Source of the DNA: Pseudomonadota bacterium
GTDB lineage: Bacteria > UBA10199 > 2-02-FULL-44-16 > JAAZCA01
Direction of reading: 5' to 3'
Assembly: GCA_043798915.1 (NCBI GenBank)
Contig: JAZDOG010000102.1
Location: 23,226 to 87,225 of the forward strand
DNA length: 64,000 nucleotides
This document shows positions 1 through 11,866 of this stretch, one piece after another. The position numbers and the translations under genes are program-made. The notes beneath the pieces are model-generated. The model ran no database searches, was not told the DNA's origin, and saw nothing but the letters and a program-made list of their open reading frames with translations. Position 1 is the stretch's first letter; each line of letters opens with the position of its first letter.

Positions 1-325
1 CGGCCTGTCGGTCCTGCGCGGGGTGGGCACGGGAGACTGGGTCGATATCGGGGACAAACACGGCGTTAAACTGGGCAAGATCCGGGCGCTGACCATGGTC
101 AACAAGGTCGACGATGCCAAGGGCCTCATCCAGCATTACGTTGCGATCGGCACGCTCAAAGGCGCGATCAACGGAAGCGTTGCGGTCCACAAGGCATCCG
201 TGATGCCGACAGCAGTTGTTCCTGAAACTCCGCAGATTCCGTCGGCGACGCCTGTGGTTACCACCGTGCCGCCAAAAGCAAATGTCACCTCGGCATATAT
301 TATGAAGAAGCCAACCGGCATTTGA
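1..325 (+). CDS. Hypothetical protein, 5'-truncated by window edge; Pro/Thr/Val-rich C-terminal tail
   Basis: Frame open from position 2 to TGA at 323-325; followed by a hairpin at 364-393. Confidence 0.55.
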   Translation, partial: GLSVLRGVGTGDWVDIGDKHGVKLGKIRALTMVNKVDDAKGLIQHYVAIGTLKGAINGSVAVHKASVMPTAVVPETPQIPSATPVVTTVPPKANVTSAYIMKKPTGI

Positions 326-347
326 GGAGAAAATAGAAAGCCCAAGA

Positions 348-405
348 GGGTGGGGATGGAAATCAAGGCCGGGCCAACAATGGTCCGGCCTTGGTGTTTT
401 ATATT
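348..405. repeat. Hairpin-containing repeat, copy 1 (terminator-like)
   Basis: 46/58 identical to 3406-3463; stem caaggccgggcca/tggtccggccttg followed by a T-rich tail. Confidence 0.7.
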
Positions 406-484
406 AAAAAGGGATGGCGGTTCAACTATTTGACAATATCTGCCTAGAAAGCTACACGCCTCGCCAGAAGCTATTTAACAAACG

Positions 485-1972
485 ATGGGAGACAACATGA
501 TCAACATCTGTGACCCGATTCAATACATACCGAAGCTGAACGGAAAACCGGAGGATTATTGGCAAAAGCTTCAAGACCAATGTGACAAAGGCCGCAATGC
601 TTTCGATGTCGACAACGCGCCTCTGATGGAAATAAGAAGGCAAATTGGAAAAGCACGTCTATTGCCTGATGCGAGCACTAAAATTTTTGCGCTGGTCCAA
701 GAGCTGAAGAAAAAAGCCGCTACCATTAAAGATGATTATATTAAAAACAAGACACTATGTAAGAAAGGCAAAGAACAGAACGCTGAAGCCTGTGGCTACG
801 TCGACTACTACGACAAATTTGAAACCATCCTGGGTCCGGTTGACGAGATAAGAAAGCCTGCCAAGTCGCCGACATCTGTCCCCCTCGTCCCATTGAGGAG
901 CGGCAATCCAACAATCAATCTCCCCCCTCCATTCAAAGGCCATCAAGTCCAATTTGATACGGGCTCATCAACCTCTCTCTTCTCCAAGAGATTCGTAGAA
1001 TCTCGCCCTGATAATTTTTTGCCATTACAGATTACATCTGGAGATTATGGCCTGGGGGTATACAGGATCGAAGATATCAAAATCAACATAGGCAACGCAG
1101 CATTTTCACCTCAGGTGGGCGTAGCTGTTTCGGCGGTCGATGAGGACGGTGGAACTGACAGGGAAGGTCAGCTTATTGCGACGTTGGGTTTGGACTTTCT
1201 CCTCATGAGATCGGTCAGATTCAATTACTCCAAACAATCGATCGTCTTTGATCAAAACTTAGACAAGGAACTTCGCACAGGGAAGTGGGAGGCAATCCCC
1301 CTGCAGATCCGGAGGGAAGGGCTGTTTGGAGGGCTTTTTATAAGTCTCGAGGTTCTTCTGAACGGACAAGCAACTCAAATGCATTTTGATACCGGGGCAG
1401 AACTGTCATATGTTTTTGAGAGCTGTCTCCCCAAACTCCCTGAGTTGCCTGATGCCACAAATGACAAATCCTGTGGTTACACGGGCGTAAATAGCCGTGG
1501 CAGCTCCAGCAAAACCATTTCCGATGTAAAAGTCTCGCTCGGTGGATACGACATCAGAATACCGATGGATGTGCTCCCGGCAGATCTACCACACGTTAAA
1601 CTGCTGCTGAGTAAAAATATCTGCGGAATGGCCGGCCTTAATATGTTTACGCGCTTCAATCCAATATTCGATCCAGCGACATCCACGCTGTACCTCGAAT
1701 CACCCCAAAAAGGGCAAAAGATATACAGCTTCAAAAATTTTGATTTTATCTACAGACAACAATTCAGCTATCGCTATGCCAGTGATGTCACAAAGGGCGG
1801 GTCTGCAGAAAAGGCCGGCTTGAAAACAAACGATATAATTTTAAAAATCAACGGCAGCGATGCTGCCAGCATGACAGGACGTCAATATATAGAATTGTCC
1901 TACGCTGATACTATAACGCTGCTCATAGATCGCGATGGCAAAAAAAAGACAATCAGAATAAAACTCCATTAG
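485..1972 (+). CDS. Two-domain retropepsin-like aspartyl protease with C-terminal PDZ domain (start may be ATG at 497)
   Basis: Two FDTG motifs each followed by LGLDF/AGLNM; PDZ signature AEKAGLKTNDIILKING; GGAG precedes ATG 497. Confidence 0.8.
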   Translation: MGDNMINICDPIQYIPKLNGKPEDYWQKLQDQCDKGRNAFDVDNAPLMEIRRQIGKARLLPDASTKIFALVQELKKKAATIKDDYIKNKTLCKKGKEQNAEACGYVDYYDKFETILGPVDEIRKPAKSPTSVPLVPLRSGNPTINLPPPFKGHQVQFDTGSSTSLFSKRFVESRPDNFLPLQITSGDYGLGVYRIEDIKINIGNAAFSPQVGVAVSAVDEDGGTDREGQLIATLGLDFLLMRSVRFNYSKQSIVFDQNLDKELRTGKWEAIPLQIRREGLFGGLFISLEVLLNGQATQMHFDTGAELSYVFESCLPKLPELPDATNDKSCGYTGVNSRGSSSKTISDVKVSLGGYDIRIPMDVLPADLPHVKLLLSKNICGMAGLNMFTRFNPIFDPATSTLYLESPQKGQKIYSFKNFDFIYRQQFSYRYASDVTKGGSAEKAGLKTNDIILKINGSDAASMTGRQYIELSYADTITLLIDRDGKKKTIRIKLH

Positions 1973-1986
1973 CCTACGAACCGCCG

Positions 1987-2011
1987 ACCAAGGCCGGGCC
2001 TTGATTTTTTA
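1987..2011 (+). terminator. Intrinsic terminator-like hairpin; collapsed reverse copy of the 348-405 repeat
   Basis: caaggcc-g-ggccttg followed by a T run just after the protease stop. Confidence 0.5.
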
Positions 2012-2041
2012 GCTACACTGAGGTTTGCCGACCATTCAACT

Positions 2042-3286
2042 TCAAAAATCAAAACTCTCTGGCGTGATGAGTTTGACCTCGCGCCCCATCGCTGGCTTTA
2101 GAATCTGCGAGCGCGACTTCACTTCATATAGCATTGTCTCTTCTCCTCGCCTGATGACGAGGTCCACTTCCTGCCCGGTGCTGGAGGAATACCAGAAGTA
2201 AGTGCGCTCAAATTGATGCGCGAACTGAGAAGCAACTATCGATTCGAACAAATTTCCCCTCATTCCGGCGTCTGCCAGTGCGCCATCCCACCATCTGGCC
2301 ACATTTCTGATGCCGCGCAGATACCCGCCGGCCACCTGGTAGAGCAGCGGGTCTATGAAATAAATTTTTTTTGCCTTTCTAGGGGCAGCCATGTCCTTGT
2401 CAGGATCGTAGCAGGAAAGGACATTGCATAAAAACGCCGATTCAAGATGCTCCACGTATGCCGCGGCGGTCTCGTGGCTGCGCACCGGCGATTTTTCAAT
2501 CAGGCGCTGCCAGGTAACCTGGCTCGCCAGGGTGTCATAGACACGAAACAGGATGTGGAGCAGCACCTCCCGCGCCAGCTTAAAACGATACGCATCGCCA
2601 AAAATCCAGTTTGCATATGTTTCGCACGTTTCATCTGTAACTTCGCCGCGCTCACAGTAATCCCTGACAGCGTGAGGAAATCCTCCGACGCGGCTGTACA
2701 CCTTCAAAATTTCATTTTTTTCCCAGCCTTTAAAAACTGGAAGAATTCGATAGTCGGAAGGGGATAAAGGATAAATCCTGCTTTCGACCACCTTCCGTCC
2801 CGGGAAACGCTCCCCCATCTCTTTTAAGTCCCTTGCGTTCGATCCGGAAATAAATGTCGTGGCGTTGGCCAGAAGTCCGGAATTGATTAACCAGAGCAAA
2901 GCGCGTTGCCACCCCACGACAAAAGTTATTTCATCCAGACACACCAGGACCGGACGGTCTTTTCTCCCCTCCATCCATTCAACGATGGTCGCCCGCAACT
3001 CGGAATGAGAATCGATGTTTTCGCAGGTTAAAAACAGGCAATCCTTTGCATTCACCATCTCTTCCGTCAGCGTTCGCGCAATCATCTCCTTCATCAAAGT
3101 TGTTTTTCCTACCTGCCGCGCGCCACGGAGAATGCAGGTCTTCCCTTTTTTGAAAACAAGGTCGGCTTTGACGGGATTGTCGAAATAAAAGTGCTTGCCG
3201 GCAATGGCTTGCAGATGTGAATCGCTTTTTATCGCCTCAGGGTTTTCCCACCACGGATTCAATACTTCGATCGACTTTCGGTCCAT
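2042..3286 (-). CDS. Standalone AAA ATPase (AAA_14 + DUF4143-type architecture)
   Basis: NPWW N-terminus, Walker A GARQVGKT, Walker B VCLDEI, GGFP, KKIYFIDP, C-terminal EVDLV..YEVK; GAGGTG RBS before ATG 3286. Confidence 0.85.
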   Translation of the reverse strand: MDRKSIEVLNPWWENPEAIKSDSHLQAIAGKHFYFDNPVKADLVFKKGKTCILRGARQVGKTTLMKEMIARTLTEEMVNAKDCLFLTCENIDSHSELRATIVEWMEGRKDRPVLVCLDEITFVVGWQRALLWLINSGLLANATTFISGSNARDLKEMGERFPGRKVVESRIYPLSPSDYRILPVFKGWEKNEILKVYSRVGGFPHAVRDYCERGEVTDETCETYANWIFGDAYRFKLAREVLLHILFRVYDTLASQVTWQRLIEKSPVRSHETAAAYVEHLESAFLCNVLSCYDPDKDMAAPRKAKKIYFIDPLLYQVAGGYLRGIRNVARWWDGALADAGMRGNLFESIVASQFAHQFERTYFWYSSSTGQEVDLVIRRGEETMLYEVKSRSQILKPAMGREVKLITPESFDF

Positions 3287-3321
3287 AACACCTCGATAAT
3301 TAAGGATAAACAACCACTTTG

Positions 3322-3351
3322 TAAATTATGCGATCATGATCGCATAATTTA
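3322..3351. promoter_or_regulatory. 30-bp perfect palindrome upstream of the AAA ATPase (putative operator)
   Basis: TAAATTATGCGATCA|TGATCGCATAATTTA. Confidence 0.6.
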
Positions 3352-3405
3352 AATTTCAAATCAAGGCATTACCACAAGCCAGGGAGTTGTCTGTTGCTGG
3401 ACATG

Positions 3406-3463
3406 GGGCGGGGAAGGAAATCGAGGCTGGACCAGCTTTTAGCCCGGCCTTGGTGCTTTATGT
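3406..3463. repeat. Hairpin-containing repeat, copy 2; terminator position for the - strand protease
   Basis: Direct repeat of 348-405; lies immediately after the stop at 3467. Confidence 0.7.
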
Positions 3464-3466
3464 TGT

Positions 3467-4921
3467 TCAGCGTGCGGCCTTCCGTTTCGTTCGGTCGATG
3501 ATGATATTCATCCAGTCCCCGTTCCGGCGGATAAGGATTTTGGATCTCTTCCTTCTCGCGTAAGCCCACTCGACGATCCAGAACGGCGTCAGCTTCGATG
3601 CTGGCGTCTTGTCAATCCCTACGATTTCATCGCCAGACCGCAGCCCGCTTTTGTATGCAGTGCTGTCCTCAGTGAGGTTGCCAACAACGAGCCTTCCGTC
3701 ATCCCGGCGTTCTGTGAGGAAACTAGGATTGATCGACGCCTCTCCCTTGGATTTTCGAGGGGAAATAAAGAGCGTGCGCGTCTCGGGGTCAATAATCATA
3801 TTGAAGCGGGCGAGGACATCGAGCCCAATCGAGCCGCAGAGGCCATTTTTTTCCACCGTAGCGGAATTGGGGTCGCTCGTCGAAGTTACCGTAAGGCTAT
3901 CAAGCGGGATATGTGATCCGCCTAATGTCAACGTAATGTTCCCAATTGCCATTGCGTCGACAGTTGTTCCGTCTGCAATTCGTCCACCACCCAGACTGCG
4001 GACGGTCTGTTTCGGAAGTTTCAATAGGCAAGACGGGATAATAGAGCTTAAATTTGAACCCGTATCCACGGCAAAGGGAAAGCTCACACCGTCGACGTCT
4101 GCCTTGACCAGAATGAGAACACCCAAATTCGAACTTTGAATTCCCGCTATAGAAAATGGGACAGGCCCCCATCTCTTTTCTGCCAGGCGCCTGCCTACGT
4201 CCTGGTTCTCCGTCACCGTCCAGGAGTCGTAGTTTATCTCAACGGGACTTTGGAGAAAAAAATCGAGACCAAGCAATGCAACAAGGCGTTTGCCGGGTTC
4301 CGTGCCCTCGAGCTTGTCGAGAAGACCGACCTCAACGACGAATGGAGGCGAGTACGATATCTGGCCGAGGACAAAAGCGAGACCGGAGGTATTGTACGCC
4401 TTGAGACCATATATTGGAACTCTGTTCTTCTCGGTAAAATGGGCCGACTCCAAGGTCTGCAAATATTTCGAAACTCCTGAACTACTAGAACCAGTATCGA
4501 GGAAGACTTCCCGCCGCTCCCCTCCCTTTGTCGAAAGCTCGGCGACAAGATAGCCGCTTTTGAGGGGAGTAAGTTTTGCCGAGCGAGGCTCCCCGGAAAA
4601 ACGCCCAATCTCGCCCGGATTCCCGAAGAGTTTGACAAAATTATCATAGACGGCGGTGAACCCGCAGGCAAAGGCATCGGCGTTCTCGGAGCAAGACTTG
4701 GCCTTATCGAGATACTCCTCTTCGACTGGCCGGGCTCTTACTGGAAGAAGCCGTTTGAGATTTTCAATCTCGGGGTCTGTGAGGGAAGCGGCCTTCCTCC
4801 TCCCAATTTCGCGCCGGATCTCTATGAGAGGTGAAATCCATCTATCAAAAGTCACTACGCCTTGGGAGCACTGCTGCCGATCGGATGCGTTGATGTTCGG
4901 GGAAAAGCAAAGATTGCCCAT
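3467..4921 (-). CDS. Two-domain retropepsin-like aspartyl protease with C-terminal PDZ; paralogue of 485-1972
   Basis: LDTGS and VDTGS motifs, LLGLDFF, AYKSGLRSGDEIVGID; AGGAG RBS. Confidence 0.8.
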   Translation of the reverse strand: MGNLCFSPNINASDRQQCSQGVVTFDRWISPLIEIRREIGRRKAASLTDPEIENLKRLLPVRARPVEEEYLDKAKSCSENADAFACGFTAVYDNFVKLFGNPGEIGRFSGEPRSAKLTPLKSGYLVAELSTKGGERREVFLDTGSSSSGVSKYLQTLESAHFTEKNRVPIYGLKAYNTSGLAFVLGQISYSPPFVVEVGLLDKLEGTEPGKRLVALLGLDFFLQSPVEINYDSWTVTENQDVGRRLAEKRWGPVPFSIAGIQSSNLGVLILVKADVDGVSFPFAVDTGSNLSSIIPSCLLKLPKQTVRSLGGGRIADGTTVDAMAIGNITLTLGGSHIPLDSLTVTSTSDPNSATVEKNGLCGSIGLDVLARFNMIIDPETRTLFISPRKSKGEASINPSFLTERRDDGRLVVGNLTEDSTAYKSGLRSGDEIVGIDKTPASKLTPFWIVEWAYARRKRSKILIRRNGDWMNIIIDRTKRKAAR

Positions 4922-5048
4922 ATTGTTCTCCTGTTCACATCCCCCAAGACTCCATAGGCCAGGCCCTTTTGAAAATCAATGCCCGGTTATGATTTCCCCA
5001 ATAGTATTGTTGATTATCCAGATAAACAGCATTACAATTGCTATTAGT

Positions 5049-5465
5049 ATGAAACACACACGCATCATAGCCGCAGCTGCAATCCTCATCACCGCCTTTG
5101 TGCCGTATGCATCGCTGACGCACGGCGACGCCATGGCCTCCGCAAAGGCGCCCGTCAAAGGCGCCGGATTCGAGGGATCGGCCGCATGGGCAAAGGCCGA
5201 TCTGCGCCTGCGCGAGGCATGGCGCGGCGCCTCTGAAAAGGGAAAGGGATCGGAGAGGCTCGAATGCCTGATGAAGACCCGCATGCCTATCGGCGCGAAT
5301 GAACGGGCCCTGCTCAAGAGCGCGGGTTTTGTCGTGCACACCGTGATCGTGACCATCGCAACGGGGGATCTCGCCGCGAAAAACCTCCCCGCCGTGGCTT
5401 CGCTGGATTTTGTGGAGTCGATGGAACTGGCGGCGCCGATGTCTATAAAACGGAAGAAGGATTGA
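5049..5465 (+). CDS. Small secreted protein resembling a standalone subtilase-type prodomain
   Basis: Signal peptide MKHTRIIAAAAILITAF; C-terminal pattern GFVVHTVIVTIATGDL..LPAVASLDFVESMEL. Confidence 0.55.
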   Translation: MKHTRIIAAAAILITAFVPYASLTHGDAMASAKAPVKGAGFEGSAAWAKADLRLREAWRGASEKGKGSERLECLMKTRMPIGANERALLKSAGFVVHTVIVTIATGDLAAKNLPAVASLDFVESMELAAPMSIKRKKD

Positions 5466-5724
5466 CTGCGGCAACTGAATCTACGAATACGCTTGCCGCG
5501 TCCTTTGTCACTTCCACAAATCCACTGCCCGCATCGTAATCCTCGCGCCTCGGCTTTTTCTCTTTGTCCAGATATCGAAAATAGATCCTGCCCGGCTTCA
5601 AGCCAGCGATCAGGCGGTCGTGGCCGGGAAGGACCGTGAGCTGGCCCGCCTCACCCGGCAGCGTCACCGAATCGACGTCGCGCTCGAGGACAATCTTTGC
5701 AGGTGTAAGAATTTTTAGTTTCAT
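5443..5724 (-). CDS. atpC: ATP synthase F1 epsilon subunit (N-terminal domain only)
   Basis: LKILTP..VDSVTLPGEAGQLTVLPGH..GFVEV; last gene after atpD. Confidence 0.9.
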   Translation of the reverse strand: MKLKILTPAKIVLERDVDSVTLPGEAGQLTVLPGHDRLIAGLKPGRIYFRYLDKEKKPRREDYDAGSGFVEVTKDAASVFVDSVAAVNPSSVL

Positions 5725-5734
5725 CGGCAACTCT

Positions 5735-5834
5735 CCCCCCTCCTTTGTAAGGAGGGGATGGGGGAGGTAGATCAGAGGTGAATCTGTTTCAAATATCTAC
5801 CCCACCCTGACCCTCCCCTTACAAAGGGGAGGGG
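5735..5834. repeat. REP-like palindromic element family A, copy 1
   Basis: CCCCTCCTTTGTAAGGAGGGG..GGTAGA..TCTACC..CCCTCCCCTTACAAAGGGGAGGGG; near-identical copies at 7294 and 11768, more diverged copy at 34192. Confidence 0.9.
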
Positions 5835-5852
5835 ATTAAAGCCCCTTGATTT

Positions 5853-7387
<1,535 letters not shown>

Positions 7388-7395
7388 ATTAAAAA

Positions 7396-8247
7396 TTATT
7401 TCAGCGCCTCGGCCCCACCAACGATATCCATCAGCTCGGAGGTGATGTCCTCCTGGCGGGCGCGGTTGTAGACGAACGTCAGGTGGGCGATCATGTCGTC
7501 AGCGTTCCGGGTTGCGTTGTCCATCGCGGACATGCGCGCCGCAAGCTCCGCCGCGCGCGACTCGAGGATCGCCTGCCGCATGCTGGCGGTGATCGCCATG
7601 GCGCAGAGTCTATCCAGGGCCGTCTCTCTCGTCGGTTCATAGAGATATTCAAGGTGCCTCTCCTTCGCGTTGCCCCGCTTGTGGAGGGGCAGGAGGTTCC
7701 AGAACGTCAGCTCCTGCCTGCCGGCGCTTGCAAACCTGTTGAACGCCACGTTTCCACCGGCGCTCTCTCCCTTTCTGTAGCGCTCCATGAGGCGGGCGGC
7801 GATCCACGATGCCACGCCAGCGTCGTCGCCTCCCGGCACCGCCTCAACATCGCGGCCGCGGGCGCTTAAGTACCGCATACCCTTTTTGCCTATGACGTAG
7901 AGCCTGGTATCTATGTTGTGGCTCGCGGCGTTTGTCACGGCCTCCTCTATCCTGCGCAGGAGGTTCTCGTTGAAGCCGCCGCAGAGACCGCGGTCAGAAG
8001 TCACGACGGCCAGATCGACGCAGTTCAAATCCTTGGGCCTCTGCCACATGAGAGGGGCCCGGGGCCCAAGCCGCCTCGAGACGAGCATAGCAGTATCGAT
8101 TATTCCGGAGGAGTAGCTGCGCGCGTCGAAGGCGGTCTGCTGCGCGCGCTTGAGCCTCGCCGCGGCGACAAGCTTCATCGCGCGCGTCATCTTCTGCGTG
8201 CTCTTCACCGCCTGAATCCGCCTTTTGATGTCCTTGAGCGCAGCCAT
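7396..8247 (-). CDS. atpG: ATP synthase F1 gamma subunit
   Basis: TQKMTRAMKLVAAA, SDRGLCGGFN, RARQEDITSELMDIVGGA. Confidence 0.98.
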   Translation of the reverse strand: MAALKDIKRRIQAVKSTQKMTRAMKLVAAARLKRAQQTAFDARSYSSGIIDTAMLVSRRLGPRAPLMWQRPKDLNCVDLAVVTSDRGLCGGFNENLLRRIEEAVTNAASHNIDTRLYVIGKKGMRYLSARGRDVEAVPGGDDAGVASWIAARLMERYRKGESAGGNVAFNRFASAGRQELTFWNLLPLHKRGNAKERHLEYLYEPTRETALDRLCAMAITASMRQAILESRAAELAARMSAMDNATRNADDMIAHLTFVYNRARQEDITSELMDIVGGAEALK

Positions 8248-9773
<1,526 letters not shown>

Positions 9774-9777
<4 letters not shown>

Positions 9778-10313
9778 GTCAAACTCTCCTTCATTCGTTC
9801 CAATTTGCCCCTGATGCTCGCATCGTAGCGCATGTCCCCGAGCCAGACTTCGATGCCGCCGAGGAGCGATGCATCCACGCTGACATCGCATCTGCTCGCA
9901 AGCTTCAGGACATCGCTCAATATCTCCTCGATCCGCCCTTTCACCTCGGCCGCGAGACCGCCGTCGGCCACGTGTGCGCGCGCCACCGCGAGGCGCTCGT
10001 GGCGCTCAACCCTTGCGGCAAAATCCTCCGAGACGAGTTCGAGAATATTGAGGCGGCCCCTTTCAATCAGGAGTTTCAAGAGATTTTTCGCCATTTTCCC
10101 GACCCCGAGCGCGTCTGCTGCGTCGCCTGCAGCAGCAAGCCGCCTCTTGAGATCGACGCGCTCGTCCGAAAGACCCTTGATGAAATGCGGCACGTCGTTC
10201 GCACATTCGCCGATGCGCTGCACGTCTGCGAGCAGACGCTTCGCGTCTCCGGACTCCAATGCGAGGTCGAAGATCGCCTTGCCATAGCGCTTTGCGATTG
10301 CGCTCTCCCTCAT
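9774..10313 (-). CDS. atpH: ATP synthase delta subunit
   Basis: [22 protein letters not shown]; operon position. Confidence 0.95.
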
Positions 10314-10831
10314 CAGCGTCCCCCCGATTGCAGGCCGGCGAGCGAGCCCGGAAGGATTGTCGAAAATTCACCGAGCCCTTTGCGGACCGCCGCCTTCTTC
10401 ATCTCTGCCGACATCTCCTCTTTGAGGATTGATTCGGCCCGAACGAACGCCCCTTCCACTATCCTCCGCTTGAAATCCGCGATGGCAGCGATGATCTCCC
10501 CTTCCCCCTGCCTCTCTGCGTTCTCCCTGATGCGTTCCGCCCGCCTCTGCGCCTCTTCCAGCGCCGCCTTGCTTTCCTCCTCTGCGAAACGCGCGATCAA
10601 CTGCTTTCGCGCCGCGAGGTCGTCCGGGAGGCGGGAAGCGAGGCGCGAACTCTCTGCCGCGCGAGCCTTCGCCGCCTTGATCAGCTCCGCTGCGTCGCCG
10701 ATCTCCTTTTTGATTTTAGCGCGGCGCGCATAGAAGAAATGGCGCCCCACGCGATGCCAGCTGCGCAGTATCAGGCCGATGAGAAGCCCCAGATTGCCGA
10801 GGCCGAACAGGAATATTTTGAATTCGCTCAT
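10313..10831 (-). CDS. atpF: ATP synthase F0 subunit b
   Basis: N-terminal TM helix plus charged coiled coil; operon position. Confidence 0.8.
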   Translation of the reverse strand: MSEFKIFLFGLGNLGLLIGLILRSWHRVGRHFFYARRAKIKKEIGDAAELIKAAKARAAESSRLASRLPDDLAARKQLIARFAEEESKAALEEAQRRAERIRENAERQGEGEIIAAIADFKRRIVEGAFVRAESILKEEMSAEMKKAAVRKGLGEFSTILPGSLAGLQSGGR

Positions 10832-10841
10832 CGGGCCGCCT

Positions 10842-11288
10842 TTATGATTCGGACGTAATGCGGGAGACTATCTCCCTTGCCAGTTCGCTCGACCGCTTCC
10901 CCACCTCTGCGGCGATCGATTCCTCCGACGGCTTCCCTGCGCGGGACATGCCTGCGATGTTCTTGGCCTCGGCGCGCGCCTCGGCGACGATCTTCCCCGC
11001 GGCAATCCTCGCCTCGGCAAGTTTCGTCGTCCGCTCTGCGTTGGCATCCGCGAGCGCCTTCGACACCGCAGCCACCCTTTCCGCTTCGAGGGCAGCGGAC
11101 TCTGCGGCCAACAGCGAAGCATCCTCGCGCGCCCCGCTGGTGAGCTTTTTCCTTTGATCGATTATGCGGAGCACGGGCCTCAAGACAAAAAAGTGGATCG
11201 CAGCGGCCGCCGAAAAAAAAACGCACAGCTGGACGGCGACAGTCCAGTCCGGCATGAGGTGTATCTCTGCACCCAAAACGGCGAGCAT
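10842..11288 (-). CDS. ATP synthase F0 subunit b'
   Basis: PDWTVAVQLCVFF..LRPVLRIIDQR TM plus coiled coil; operon position. Confidence 0.85.
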   Translation of the reverse strand: MLAVLGAEIHLMPDWTVAVQLCVFFSAAAAIHFFVLRPVLRIIDQRKKLTSGAREDASLLAAESAALEAERVAAVSKALADANAERTTKLAEARIAAGKIVAEARAEAKNIAGMSRAGKPSEESIAAEVGKRSSELAREIVSRITSES

Positions 11289-11317
11289 TTATTTGATTTC
11301 CCCCGAGATAGGCTTGT

Positions 11318-11740
11318 TCACATCATGAGCGAGTCTTCGCCCTCTTCGGCTATTCCAGAGCTCTTGTGCGCAGTTGTTTGAGCGACCCCTGAGGGAAGCG
11401 GCTCCTCCATCATCTGGCACTGTCCCTGAAAGATGGACCCCTCTTCGATCATGAGCGAGGGCGCGACGATGTTCGCTGAGACGCGGCAACCCCTGCGGAG
11501 TTCCACCTTGCGCTTGGCTTCGATGAGCCCCTGCAAGGTGCCCTCCACGATGATCGTGTCCACCTGGACCTTGGCGTTCACCTGCGCCTCCGCCCCCACG
11601 ACGAGCGTACCGTCCGAGAGGATCTCCCCCCTGAAGTCGCCGTTGATCTGCACGGTGCCGTCGAACATGAGCTTTCCCTCGAAGCTGCAACCGCGATCGA
11701 GCAAGCCATTCAGCTGAGATTCATCCTTGTTGCGTCCCAT
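11318..11740 (-). CDS. Bactofilin (polymer-forming cytoskeletal protein)
   Basis: GCSFEGKLMFDGTVQINGDFRGEI..LMIEEGSIFQGQCQM; GGAGG RBS. Confidence 0.92.
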   Translation of the reverse strand: MGRNKDESQLNGLLDRGCSFEGKLMFDGTVQINGDFRGEILSDGTLVVGAEAQVNAKVQVDTIIVEGTLQGLIEAKRKVELRRGCRVSANIVAPSLMIEEGSIFQGQCQMMEEPLPSGVAQTTAHKSSGIAEEGEDSLMM

Positions 11741-11767
11741 TGTGTGCCTCCATTGTGGTTTCACAAT

Positions 11768-11861
11768 CCCCTCTCCTTTGTAAGGAGGGGCTGGGGGAGG
11801 TAGATATCGCATCTCTGGAAGGTCTACCCCACCCTGACCCTCCCCTTACAAAGGGGAGGGG
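11768..11861. repeat. REP-like family A, copy 3
   Basis: Same arms as copies 1 and 2. Confidence 0.9.
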
Positions 11862-11866
11862 AAATG

